A stretch of 64,000 nucleotides of DNA from an uncultured virus (IMG/VR IMGVR_UViG_3300026196_000001) (Duplodnaviria > Heunggongvirae > Uroviricota > Caudoviricetes), in IMG/VR virus record IMGVR_UViG_3300026196_000001; one strand, 5' to 3'. The notes under the pieces were generated by a model. It ran no database searches and was not told where the DNA came from. It saw nothing but the letters and a program-made list of their open reading frames with translations. Position 1 is the stretch's first letter. Each line of letters opens with the position of its first letter. Below are positions 1 to 8,893 of the stretch, in pieces. The position numbers and the translations under genes were made by a program.

Positions 1-1107
1 CCTGGCGAGTGCTTCAGGCTCTTCGGCTATGCCGGGACCGGGAAGTCCACGATCGCCAAGCTCTTCCCGACGATCGCACCTGGGCGGGTGCTTTATGCTG
101 CCTACACCGGCAAGGCCGCTCACGTGCTGACCAGGAAGGGATGCCCTGCCACCACCATCCACCGCCTGATCTACAAGCCACGTGAGCGGGGATCCTACCA
201 CCTGCGCAAGCTGGAGGAGGGCTTGACTGTCGCCCTGGAAGCAGGGGACGGCAGGAAGGTCCGCAAGCTGGAGAACCTCATACGCCTGGAGAAGGAGAAA
301 CTCAAGTCCCCCACGTGGGACCGCAACGACCACTCGGAGCTACAGGAGGCGTCACTGCTGGTCCTCGACGAGGTCTCAATGGTCGGGCAGCAGCTCGGCC
401 GCGACCTCCTGTCCTACGGCACTCCAGTCCTCGCCCTCGGCGACCCTGGGCAGTTGCCGCCGATCGGATCCGTCGGCGGGTTTTTCACCGACCACGAGCC
501 CAACGCCATGCTGACCGAGGTGCACCGGCAGGAGAAGGGCAGCGACGTGCTCGACCTCGCCACCAGCGTGCGCAAGGGGAACAGCCTCTCCCTCGGCCCC
601 TGCGTCGTGCGCAAGGGGACCACGAAGATCAGCGAGCTGGCGTCCTACGATCAGGTCCTGGTGGGCCGGAACAAGACGCGCAAGATCCTCAACACGCAGA
701 TCCGCCGTCACCTCGGGCTCTCTGGGCTGCCCAAGCCAGGGGATAAGCTGGTGTGCCTGCGCAACAACCACGACCTGGGGATCATGAACGGTTCCCAGTG
801 GACCGTGGCCGACAGCACCGAGTTGGGCAACGACCAGATCGCCCTGGAGCTGCGGGACGACGACAACACGAAGGTGGACGTCATCTCGTGGACCCAGCTG
901 TTCGAGAACCGCGAGGCCCCCTACCACAACCAGCGCGACGCCGAGCTGTTCGACTACGGCTACGCCATGACGGTGCACAAGGCCCAGGGCTCGCAGTGGG
1001 ACCGGGTCTACGTCGTCGACGAGAGCGCATCATTCAACAAGGACCGCAGCCGGTGGCTCTACACCGCCATCACGCGGGCCGCAGAAGAGGTGAGGATCAG
1101 CCTATGA
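1..1107 (+). CDS. RecD/Dda-like SF1B helicase (5' truncated)
   Basis: Frame open from base 1; Walker A GYAGTGKS, DEVSM, GDPGQLPP, YAMTVHKAQGSQW, LYTAITRA. Confidence 0.93.
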   Translation, partial: PGECFRLFGYAGTGKSTIAKLFPTIAPGRVLYAAYTGKAAHVLTRKGCPATTIHRLIYKPRERGSYHLRKLEEGLTVALEAGDGRKVRKLENLIRLEKEKLKSPTWDRNDHSELQEASLLVLDEVSMVGQQLGRDLLSYGTPVLALGDPGQLPPIGSVGGFFTDHEPNAMLTEVHRQEKGSDVLDLATSVRKGNSLSLGPCVVRKGTTKISELASYDQVLVGRNKTRKILNTQIRRHLGLSGLPKPGDKLVCLRNNHDLGIMNGSQWTVADSTELGNDQIALELRDDDNTKVDVISWTQLFENREAPYHNQRDAELFDYGYAMTVHKAQGSQWDRVYVVDESASFNKDRSRWLYTAITRAAEEVRISL

Positions 1108-2789
1108 TTGGCCCGAAGACCGAGTTCGCAAAGAACCTGACCCAGGACCGACTGTGCCAGCCCACCGAGGGCTTCGCCGCCTCCATGGGCAGGATCGCCA
1201 CAGCACTCGCGCCGGACATGCACAGCCGTGTGCAGCTGCACGAGGCCCTGCTCAACCAGCGCTTTATCCCTGGCGAGCGCATCCAGCGCTACCTCGGAGT
1301 CAGGGACGACAACATCGCCCTGAGTGGTGTGATGAGCGGAGAGGTCTTCGACAACTTCGGCTCAGCCCTGGATCGGGCAGAGCAGGCCGCAGAGATCTTC
1401 CGTGCCGGAGGTCGAGTGGGGATCGACTTCACCGAGCTGCGCCCAAGAGGGGACCGGATCTTCCGCGGTGGGAACCGCTCCGCCGGGCCCGTGTCGATCA
1501 TGTCCTTCTTCAGTGCGGTGCGCCAGTGCTTCAGCAACGTGGAGCCCGCGAACGGCGCGTTGACGGCGACCCTACGCATCGACCACCCAGACATCATGGA
1601 GTTCATCCTCGCCAAGCAGAACGTCCACGGGTGCGACGCCTTCCGGACCGTGGTCGGCGTGACCGACGAGTTCATGACCGCGCTGGCCAACGGTAAGAAG
1701 TTCGACCTCCGCTGGGGCGGGCACGTCTACTCGACCGTGGACCCGGCCGAGATCTGGGAAATGCTCATGCAGAGCGTCTGGGCGTGGTCCGAGCCACAGG
1801 TCCTGTTCCTCGACACTGTGAACCGCCGGAACAGCCTCGGCTACAAGGAGAACATCACCGCCCTGAGCCCGGTGGGGGAGCAGCCGATCGCGGCGTTCGG
1901 GTCGTCCGTCCTGGGCAACCTGAACCTCACCAAGTATCTCTGCGTCGACAACACGGAGTTCGACTACTACGCCTTCGAGCGTGACATCCACGTCGCCGTG
2001 CGCGCGCTGGATTGCGCGCTGGACGTGATCCACCACCCAACCGACATCCACCGACTGGTCAAGGACCGGAAGCGCCCGATCGGGCTGGGGGTCACTGGTC
2101 TCGCGAACACCATCGAGTCGCTCGGAGCGCCCTACGGCTCGCAGGAGTTCCTCACGTGGACGGTGAGCCTGCTGTCGTTCCTGACGAACAACGCCTACCG
2201 CGCCTCGATCGAGCTGTCCCGAGAGCTTGGGCCGTTCGACGACCTGAACCGCGAGCTGTTCCTGAAGCCCGGCACGTTCGCAGCAGGGCTGCCGGAGGAC
2301 ATCCGACATGGGATCATGCGCCACGGGATCCGCAACAGCCGCCTGACCTGCATCTACCCCTGCTCCCTCACGAGCCTCGCCGCGGACAACGTCTCCCAGG
2401 GCATCGAGCCCGTCACAGACATCATGTCCAGGCGCGTCGTGAACACGCCGCAGGGCCCGCTGCGCGTGGACGTGCCCGACTACGGACAGCTCTTCCTGGG
2501 GACCACACCGAAGGTCCTGGCGGACTGCACGCCGGAGGACCACATGGAGGTGTTCCTGGCCGCGTCTCGCAACGTGGACGGCGGCGTCACGAAGAGCATC
2601 GTGGTCACCCCCGACACGGACTGGTGTGACTTCCAAGCGATATTCGTTCGGGCCTGGGAGGGAGGCGCAAAGAACTGCGCAGTCTACCAGACCGAATCCA
2701 GACGGTTCGGCATCCTGCAACGCCCCGAGGATGCTGCCGCGTGCTACGTAGACCCAAAGAAGCCCGGGAGGGCAGACGACGATGAGTGA
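1104..2789 (+). CDS. Class II (NrdJ-like) ribonucleotide reductase homolog with catalytic residues substituted
   Basis: ATGA overlap with helicase; LRPRG, GPVS, DHPDI.EFI, VTDEFM, IGLGVTG, GIRNS, SQGIEP collinear with phage NrdJ; TNPCGE site reads LSPVGE. Confidence 0.9.
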   Translation: MIGPKTEFAKNLTQDRLCQPTEGFAASMGRIATALAPDMHSRVQLHEALLNQRFIPGERIQRYLGVRDDNIALSGVMSGEVFDNFGSALDRAEQAAEIFRAGGRVGIDFTELRPRGDRIFRGGNRSAGPVSIMSFFSAVRQCFSNVEPANGALTATLRIDHPDIMEFILAKQNVHGCDAFRTVVGVTDEFMTALANGKKFDLRWGGHVYSTVDPAEIWEMLMQSVWAWSEPQVLFLDTVNRRNSLGYKENITALSPVGEQPIAAFGSSVLGNLNLTKYLCVDNTEFDYYAFERDIHVAVRALDCALDVIHHPTDIHRLVKDRKRPIGLGVTGLANTIESLGAPYGSQEFLTWTVSLLSFLTNNAYRASIELSRELGPFDDLNRELFLKPGTFAAGLPEDIRHGIMRHGIRNSRLTCIYPCSLTSLAADNVSQGIEPVTDIMSRRVVNTPQGPLRVDVPDYGQLFLGTTPKVLADCTPEDHMEVFLAASRNVDGGVTKSIVVTPDTDWCDFQAIFVRAWEGGAKNCAVYQTESRRFGILQRPEDAAACYVDPKKPGRADDDE

Positions 2790-3021
2790 AGAGACCCCGC
2801 CGATCATCAAGAGCCAGATGCGCAAGCCATGCGGCTGCATCATCACCGAGCTATCCAACGAGACCACGCAGATGTCCCCATGCGTCCCCTGCGGGATGAT
2901 GGAGGCCGCCCGCGCCCTCGCCAGCGTCGGGCAGATCCTCGCCGCTGTCGCCACCCGGATGCGGGTGGAGCGCGACAGCACGGACATCGACGTGGCCGTG
3001 AAGAAGAGCCTGGAGTCCTGA
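2782..3021 (+). CDS. Hypothetical protein, Cys motifs (PCGC, CxxC)
   Basis: Tiles between neighbours with overlapping start/stop. Confidence 0.7.
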   Translation: MSEETPPIIKSQMRKPCGCIITELSNETTQMSPCVPCGMMEAARALASVGQILAAVATRMRVERDSTDIDVAVKKSLES

Positions 3022-3845
3022 TGGACCTATTCGAGTTCGCGAACGAGCGCGAAGGTGTGCGCCTCATGAGGAAGATCGGGGTCCCCGAGCCGTGGTCCGA
3101 GGACCGCCGCCTCCAGCTCTACCACTTCACGAACATCTTCCGCGAGGACGACCCCACCTCGCAGTGGATCTACGACAACCTGCTCTACGAGGTGCGCTAC
3201 AACCCGGAGCACCTGTTCCGGAACGCCCTGGTCGGGCGTCTGTTCAACAACGTCGTCCCGCTGGAGCGTATCAAGCACATGATGCTGTGCGGCTGGGACG
3301 AGGATGAGATGTTCGATGTCCTTCGTCGTCGCCCAGGAGACCTCCACCCCAGCTGGCGTTTCAGCGGTCACTACCGCGCCCGACTGAAGGCAGGCACCAC
3401 TCGACTGGAGCAGGTCGCTCTGGCAGTGCGGCACGCCGACTCGAAGCAGGTGTGGCGGGTCACCCACTCCTCCACAAAAACCGCTCACTGGGCGATCTGC
3501 CAGCTTCCCCTAGGCGGCCCGCTCGTGGCGAACGAGATCGTCGCGGACCTGCAACGGTTCCCGAGCTTCTTCTGTGGTCAGCCCGACTGCGCCGTCCCCG
3601 AGCGCCACATCATGCGGGGGCTCGGTATCTGGGCTGGCAAGGGCCGGATCTCGCACGAGAAACTCTTCAAGGCACACCAGAAGCTGCGGGGTATACTTGA
3701 GGAGTCGCGCGACCGCTGGGACTACCCCGACCGGCCGTGGACTCTATCCACCGCAGCCCGAGCCGCGCTGCTCTACGGCCGCTACACCGACGACAACTAC
3801 AGGACCCTCCGCAGGGGCCTGAGAAAGGAGAGGATCGCAAGATGA
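3021..3845 (+). CDS. aGPT-Pplase1 / 5-hmdU DNA kinase helical-domain family protein (divergent)
   Basis: N-terminal F..ER....R..G.P.PWSED..LQ.YHFTNIFREDD signature; RLFN; EIVADL. Confidence 0.75.
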   Translation: MDLFEFANEREGVRLMRKIGVPEPWSEDRRLQLYHFTNIFREDDPTSQWIYDNLLYEVRYNPEHLFRNALVGRLFNNVVPLERIKHMMLCGWDEDEMFDVLRRRPGDLHPSWRFSGHYRARLKAGTTRLEQVALAVRHADSKQVWRVTHSSTKTAHWAICQLPLGGPLVANEIVADLQRFPSFFCGQPDCAVPERHIMRGLGIWAGKGRISHEKLFKAHQKLRGILEESRDRWDYPDRPWTLSTAARAALLYGRYTDDNYRTLRRGLRKERIAR

Positions 3846-4066
3846 GACGAATCGGAAACATGCCCGCGGATCGGGTCAAGTATCTGCTCAGGCGTCACAG
3901 CGCCCGTGCTGGCTTTCGGAAGTCCGGACCCGGCGTCCTGGTCAAGCTGCGCGACGCACTGCACAACATGACGCAGGAGCAGCGCGAGATCGCCCTGTCC
4001 GAGGGCTGGGATCGCGGCTTGCTCTACCGCGCCAAGGCAAGTGGCAAGCTGGGGGTGCGTCGATGA
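3842..4066 (+). CDS. Hypothetical basic protein
   Basis: ATGA overlap, upstream GGAGAGG. Confidence 0.65.
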   Translation: MRRIGNMPADRVKYLLRRHSARAGFRKSGPGVLVKLRDALHNMTQEQREIALSEGWDRGLLYRAKASGKLGVRR

Positions 4067-4208
4067 TCGTCGTCGCGAAATACCGCAAGCGGTCCAACGG
4101 AGGCCGCACGCTCACCTACTACAGGGATGTCCTGCTGTTCGGCTTCATCCTCATCCACCTCCTGGCCCGCAAGGGGCACAAGGCACTGCACGCGCGCAGG
4201 AGGCAGCG

Positions 4209-4661
4209 ATGAGCATGGACCGACCCCAGCTGCTGGAGCGACTGCGCAGCGACGGCCGCTTCCCTGACATGCTCAGCGTCGACGGGTGCGTCCGCTTGGA
4301 GACCAGAACCCCGCTCATCGCTGCGTCCTTCTACATCTATCCGCACCACGTGGTGATGGAGACGGCGGTAGACCGCAAGCACCCACAGGTGGTGTCGTTC
4401 TCCGACATGGACAAGCTCCTGAACCTGTGCGCGGATGACGGTCGGGCCTACCTCTACGTCGCATCCGGCTTCCCCGGCGTGGACTGCAACGGCACCAACG
4501 CCTGTGTGCTGGCGACCAGCTTCGCGGAAGCTGAGGCTGCCTTCCGGAAGGCCATCAACGAGAGCCGATACCTGCCGGGGATCAAGGACGGTGTGGTTCT
4601 CCCGATCCGCCGGATGGCACTTGGCGAGGTGGCGATCACCAACGAGGGCTACCTCAGCTAG
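4209..4661 (+). CDS. Hypothetical protein
   Basis: GGAGG RBS before ATG (MSMDRPQ...). Confidence 0.65.
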   Translation: MSMDRPQLLERLRSDGRFPDMLSVDGCVRLETRTPLIAASFYIYPHHVVMETAVDRKHPQVVSFSDMDKLLNLCADDGRAYLYVASGFPGVDCNGTNACVLATSFAEAEAAFRKAINESRYLPGIKDGVVLPIRRMALGEVAITNEGYLS

Positions 4662-4666
4662 TCTGT

Positions 4667-6679
4667 ATGCAGCTACCTTCCTTCTCACCCAAGATCTCGT
4701 GGACGGCCCCTGCTGTCCACACTCTCCCGTCGTGGGCAGACGCCAAGCGGCTGTGCATTGACGTCGAGACCAAGGACCCTCACCTCAAGGCCATGGGCCC
4801 GGGGGTGCGGACCGACGGCTACGTCATCGGGATTGGCGTCGCGATCGAGGACGGCCCGAAGTTCTACCTGCCGATCCGTCACGAAGGTGGCGGAAACCTC
4901 GACGAGGGCCACGTCTGGTCCTACTTGCGCGACAACGCCAAGGCCTTCAGGGGCACCGTGGTCCACGCCAACGGGCAATACGACCACGACTACCTGCTGG
5001 AGAACGACGTCGACCTGCTCCACTGCCGATGGTTCGATGTCCAGCTGGCCGACCCTTGCATCTACGAGCTGCACGACCGCTACAGCCTGGAACACATCGC
5101 GGAGCGCTTCGGTGTGCCCGGCAAGGACGAGACGCTGCTCCGCCACTGGGCCTCCGTCTACGGCATCAACCCGAAGTCTGGCATGTTCCGCCTCCCCGCC
5201 GGTGCCGTTGGTCCCTACGCCGAGCAGGACGTCGCGCTGCCCCTGGCCCTCGCGCGGATGCAGGAGGCCAAGATCAAGGAGCTTGGCCTGGAGAGGGTCT
5301 TCAAGCTGGAGTCAGAGTTGCAGCCGGTCCTGCTGAAGATGCGCCGCCGCGGCGTGGCCGTGAACCTCGATCGGCTGTCCGTGGTCCGCGAGATGGCGCA
5401 GGCCAGGGAGCGTGAGGTCCTGAATGAGATCACCCGTCGCACAGGGATCGGCCTCGGCCCGTCAGACGTCAACGCCAGCGCCTCCTGGGCACAGGTCCTG
5501 AAGAACATAGGCATCGAGGTTCCGCGCACGAAGCAGGGGAATCCGAGCGTGACGAAGGACCTGCTCAAGAGCATCAACCACCCCGTCGCCGATCTGATCC
5601 AGGAGGCCAAGCGCTACAACAAGCTCTACGGCACCTTCTGCTCCTCGGCCGAGCGGTTCACGGTCAACGGCCGGATCCACTGCACATTCAACCAGATGCG
5701 CACCAGCAAGGACGACGGCAGCGACGAAGAGAACGGCGCGAAGTATGGTCGCCTGTCGTGCGTGAACCCGAACCTTCAGCAGCAGCCCAGCCCGGACAAG
5801 GACCCGATCATCGGCAAGGCGATCCGCGACGTGTTCATCCCGGACGAGGGCGGCCAGTGGGCGTGCTTCGACTACAGCCAGCAGGAGCCCAGGTGGACCG
5901 TCCACTATGCAGAGCTGATCGGCGCGCGCGGGGCGAAGGCCGCCGCGGATATGTATCGCACCAACCCGCGCACCGACTACCACGGCATGGTTGCCACCAT
6001 GATCAACCCGAACTGGCCCAGCCTGGATGCCAAGAGCAAGAAGTCCCAGCGGTCCCAGTTCAAGGAGATCTCCCTCGGCAAAGCCTACGGGATGGGAGGA
6101 GCGAAGCTGTGCAGGCGGCTGCAACTGCCCACCAAGACCATCGTGCGCTACCAGAACCGCTGGATCCAGGGTGGCACACCGGAGGCCATGGACGCTCTCC
6201 GGGCAGGTGGCTTCGCGGTGGAGGTGGCCGGGGATGAGGGCTCGGAGGTGCTCCGGAAGTTCGACCGAGGCGTCCCCTACATCTCGGAGCTGGAGCTGCT
6301 CACCGAGCGCAACGCCATCAAGCGCGGCTACATCCGCACGGCCGGTGGTCGGCACTGCCACTTCCCGCGCCTCGCGAAGCCGAAGCATGTGAAGCGCCAG
6401 AATCTGATGACTGCGTTTGACTGGGTGCACAAGGCACTGAACCGCCTGATCCAGGGCAGCTCGGGCGACCAGATGAAGCAGGCCATGATCGACATCGACC
6501 GAGAGAACTTCCCACTACAACTCCAGGTCCACGACGAGGCGGACATGACGGTCTTCGACAGGCAGACCCTGCTCGACGTGCGCGATGTCATGCTGGACGC
6601 TGCCGAGTGCAGTGTGCCGCACCTCGTCGACGTGGAGACGGGCCCGAGCTGGGGCAGCTGCAAGGACGTAGAGCTATGA
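4667..6679 (+). CDS. polA: Family A DNA polymerase with 3'-5' exonuclease
   Basis: Exo DVE/NGQYD/YAEQD; GRLSCVNPNLQQ; motif A DYSQQEPR; motif B R...K....G..YG; motif C VHDE. Confidence 0.96.
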   Translation: MQLPSFSPKISWTAPAVHTLPSWADAKRLCIDVETKDPHLKAMGPGVRTDGYVIGIGVAIEDGPKFYLPIRHEGGGNLDEGHVWSYLRDNAKAFRGTVVHANGQYDHDYLLENDVDLLHCRWFDVQLADPCIYELHDRYSLEHIAERFGVPGKDETLLRHWASVYGINPKSGMFRLPAGAVGPYAEQDVALPLALARMQEAKIKELGLERVFKLESELQPVLLKMRRRGVAVNLDRLSVVREMAQAREREVLNEITRRTGIGLGPSDVNASASWAQVLKNIGIEVPRTKQGNPSVTKDLLKSINHPVADLIQEAKRYNKLYGTFCSSAERFTVNGRIHCTFNQMRTSKDDGSDEENGAKYGRLSCVNPNLQQQPSPDKDPIIGKAIRDVFIPDEGGQWACFDYSQQEPRWTVHYAELIGARGAKAAADMYRTNPRTDYHGMVATMINPNWPSLDAKSKKSQRSQFKEISLGKAYGMGGAKLCRRLQLPTKTIVRYQNRWIQGGTPEAMDALRAGGFAVEVAGDEGSEVLRKFDRGVPYISELELLTERNAIKRGYIRTAGGRHCHFPRLAKPKHVKRQNLMTAFDWVHKALNRLIQGSSGDQMKQAMIDIDRENFPLQLQVHDEADMTVFDRQTLLDVRDVMLDAAECSVPHLVDVETGPSWGSCKDVEL

Positions 6680-7584
6680 GCTACCACGCCGACACGTTCG
6701 TGCTCACGCCCGACGGGTGGAAGCGCATCAGCGATGTCACCTACGACGACCGCGTTGCAGAGATGCACGACGGGGAGCTGGTGTTCTCGCAGCCGGTCGA
6801 CATCAGCAGTCGCAACTTCAGCGGGCAGCTCATCAACGTCGAGGCCCGCAACTACGGGTTCACGGTCACTCCAGAGCACGGCGTGCCCGCGCAGAACCGC
6901 AAGACCGGGGACGAGAGCATCGTCCGGGCCGACGACATGCACACAACCAAGAACCACCTGCTGCATGTCTCTGCTCCGCTTGCGCCTCGCGACCACGAGA
7001 TCCACGACCCAGACTTCGCCCGCATCGCCGGGATGCTGCGGTCCAACCTTTTGCGGATCACCCGCCGCCAGATGACCGTGCGGATCCTACTGTCGACGCT
7101 GCGTCCCTACCTGATCTCGCTGATGGACAAAGCGGGCGTCCACTACGTGCAGGACGATGCCCGGTTCTTGCTCGCCAAGCACCCGCGCCTGATGACCTAC
7201 TTCACGTTCCACGGGAGGCTCCGTCGGTCCACCCTCCTTGCTCTCGACGCCGAGAGCAAGCGCATGTTTGTCCAAGGGGCCATCAGCTGGAAGGCCCGCA
7301 TCCGCCCGCCCTCCTTCCCCACCTACATCACCCGTTTCCCGCCCGAAGACGTGGCCGTGGTCCACGAGCTGTGCGCCCTCGCTGGGCTCTCCAGCACGGA
7401 AAGGGCCGCCGGTGACGGGTGGCTGGAGGTAAAAGTCCGACCGGAACAGAAAAATCTCCTCCCTCCCCGCAAAAATGTGTTACCCTACTCAGGTAGGGTC
7501 TACAACCTCTTCACGCCCAGTGGGACCCTTCTCACCAGAAACCTCACCCGACAAGCCCTCATAGGAGACGGAAGCCATGTCTGA
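6676..7584 (+). CDS. Free-standing intein-derived (Hint + degenerate LAGLIDADG) protein
   Basis: Block A SYHADTFVLTPDGWK, block B TVTPEH, block F/G YSGRVYNLFTPSGTLLTR...IGD; no exteins. Confidence 0.8.
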   Translation: MSYHADTFVLTPDGWKRISDVTYDDRVAEMHDGELVFSQPVDISSRNFSGQLINVEARNYGFTVTPEHGVPAQNRKTGDESIVRADDMHTTKNHLLHVSAPLAPRDHEIHDPDFARIAGMLRSNLLRITRRQMTVRILLSTLRPYLISLMDKAGVHYVQDDARFLLAKHPRLMTYFTFHGRLRRSTLLALDAESKRMFVQGAISWKARIRPPSFPTYITRFPPEDVAVVHELCALAGLSSTERAAGDGWLEVKVRPEQKNLLPPRKNVLPYSGRVYNLFTPSGTLLTRNLTRQALIGDGSHV

Positions 7585-8110
7585 CCTGATGCTCGACCTC
7601 GAAACCCTCGGCAACGGCAACGACGCCGCGATCGTCTCGATCGGTGCCTGCGTATTCAACCCCTTCGGCGGGGAGATCACGGAGCTGTTCTACCGGACGA
7701 TCGACCTGGAGATCTCATCCCACCCAGGGGACCTGGATCCAGGCACCGTGCTCTGGTGGCTCAAGCAGGACGAGGCGGCCCGCAAGGCGCTGACCGACCC
7801 GAAGCAGCACGAGACGCTCCCGCTCGGTGAGGCACTGAACCAGCTCAGGGGCTTCATAATCGCCAATGATGCCAACCGCCTCTGGAGCAACGGCCCGACG
7901 TTCGATGAGGTCATCATCCGCAGTGCGTTCCGCCGCTACGAAATGGAGTTCCCGATCCCCTTCTTTGGCAGCCGCTGTGTGCGCACGGTCAGGGGCCTGC
8001 CCAACGCACCGAAGGCGAAGCCTGTGCATGGGACCGCGCACAACGCGCTCGACGACGCCGTCTCCCAGGCCAAGCACGTGCAGGAGATCTACAGGAGTCT
8101 GGTGCGATGA
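7577..8110 (+). CDS. DEDDh 3'-5' exonuclease (DUF5051-like)
   Basis: MLDLETLG, WSNGPTFD, HNALDDA. Confidence 0.9.
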   Translation: MSDLMLDLETLGNGNDAAIVSIGACVFNPFGGEITELFYRTIDLEISSHPGDLDPGTVLWWLKQDEAARKALTDPKQHETLPLGEALNQLRGFIIANDANRLWSNGPTFDEVIIRSAFRRYEMEFPIPFFGSRCVRTVRGLPNAPKAKPVHGTAHNALDDAVSQAKHVQEIYRSLVR

Positions 8111-8409
8111 GTGAGAGGAAAAATGTCGTAGCTGTCAAGTTCTACCACGCCGGGTTCGGGGTGGTCCGCGTGGTCCAGGAGGACTACACCGGTGCCCGCA
8201 ACCTCGTGGTGCAGATCCAGCACAAGAGCATCATGAATGAGCCTCACTGGGTCAACGCCACTAGGGCTGAAGCTGAGGCCATCATGCCTATAGCCTTCAA
8301 CCATCTTGCGGCGGAACTAGCTGCGACTAAGTCTAGGCTGGAGGACACCCAAAAGAAGCTATCCAACGCACTGCTACCAACAGCAACCGACATGAGGACG
8401 ACGACATGA
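8107..8409 (+). CDS. Hypothetical protein (small paralog family)
   Basis: ATGA overlap; resembles 8406 and 16498 ORFs. Confidence 0.7.
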   Translation: MSERKNVVAVKFYHAGFGVVRVVQEDYTGARNLVVQIQHKSIMNEPHWVNATRAEAEAIMPIAFNHLAAELAATKSRLEDTQKKLSNALLPTATDMRTTT

Positions 8410-8645
8410 TCAAATACCCACGAGTCATCATCAAGCTGGATTGCCTCCATGACGGACCTGTCCGCATAGTCCAACGCACCGAAGGAGTCCCATCCATGGA
8501 TGTAGAGATCATGACGAAGGACTCCATGGGGATGCTTCGCTGGGTCGATGTCGACATGGACTCACCACTGAGATCCCAGGCGTTCCGGCTGGCCCTAATG
8601 CAACTTGCTGACTCCCTGCACACTGCGCGAGGTGGTGAGCTGTGA
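8406..8645 (+). CDS. Hypothetical protein (small paralog family)
   Basis: ATGA overlap; VE....DSMG...W motif. Confidence 0.7.
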   Translation: MIKYPRVIIKLDCLHDGPVRIVQRTEGVPSMDVEIMTKDSMGMLRWVDVDMDSPLRSQAFRLALMQLADSLHTARGGEL

Positions 8646-8893
8646 GGCGACTGGTCCGATTCCTGCTGTTCCCGGTGCCCTATCTGCTGTTCCCGCTGAT
8701 GGCGCTCTACGTCATCTTCGTGCAGCCGTTCACCATCACCATCCCAGCAGCCAAGCAACTTCGTCAGGCATACCCACAGCTCCGGTCGCGACCGCTCTGG
8801 AGGTGCGTCCTACGTGGAATGCACTACCACTTCAAGTGGCTGATCGACGCCACGCGCCAGTGGCCGTCTACCTGGAAGAGGAGCCTCAACTAG
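8642..8893 (+). CDS. Small membrane protein
   Basis: N-terminal hydrophobic segment; GTGA overlap. Confidence 0.65.
   Translation: MRRLVRFLLFPVPYLLFPLMALYVIFVQPFTITIPAAKQLRQAYPQLRSRPLWRCVLRGMHYHFKWLIDATRQWPSTWKRSLN

Noticed and set aside
753..1103. N-terminal extension of the 678-aa ORF
   Set aside because: Overlaps the helicase in another frame; RNR similarity starts at ATG 1104
6607..6679. Frameshift fusion of PolA to the intein-like ORF
   Set aside because: PolA ends with a complete C-terminus (VETGPSWG), no slippery site seen, and the ATGA overlap explains the start
7449..7487. Internal promoter resembling the AAAATCTCC early motif (also 21561)
   Set aside because: Short match inside coding DNA with only a weak -10; not supportable without TSS data
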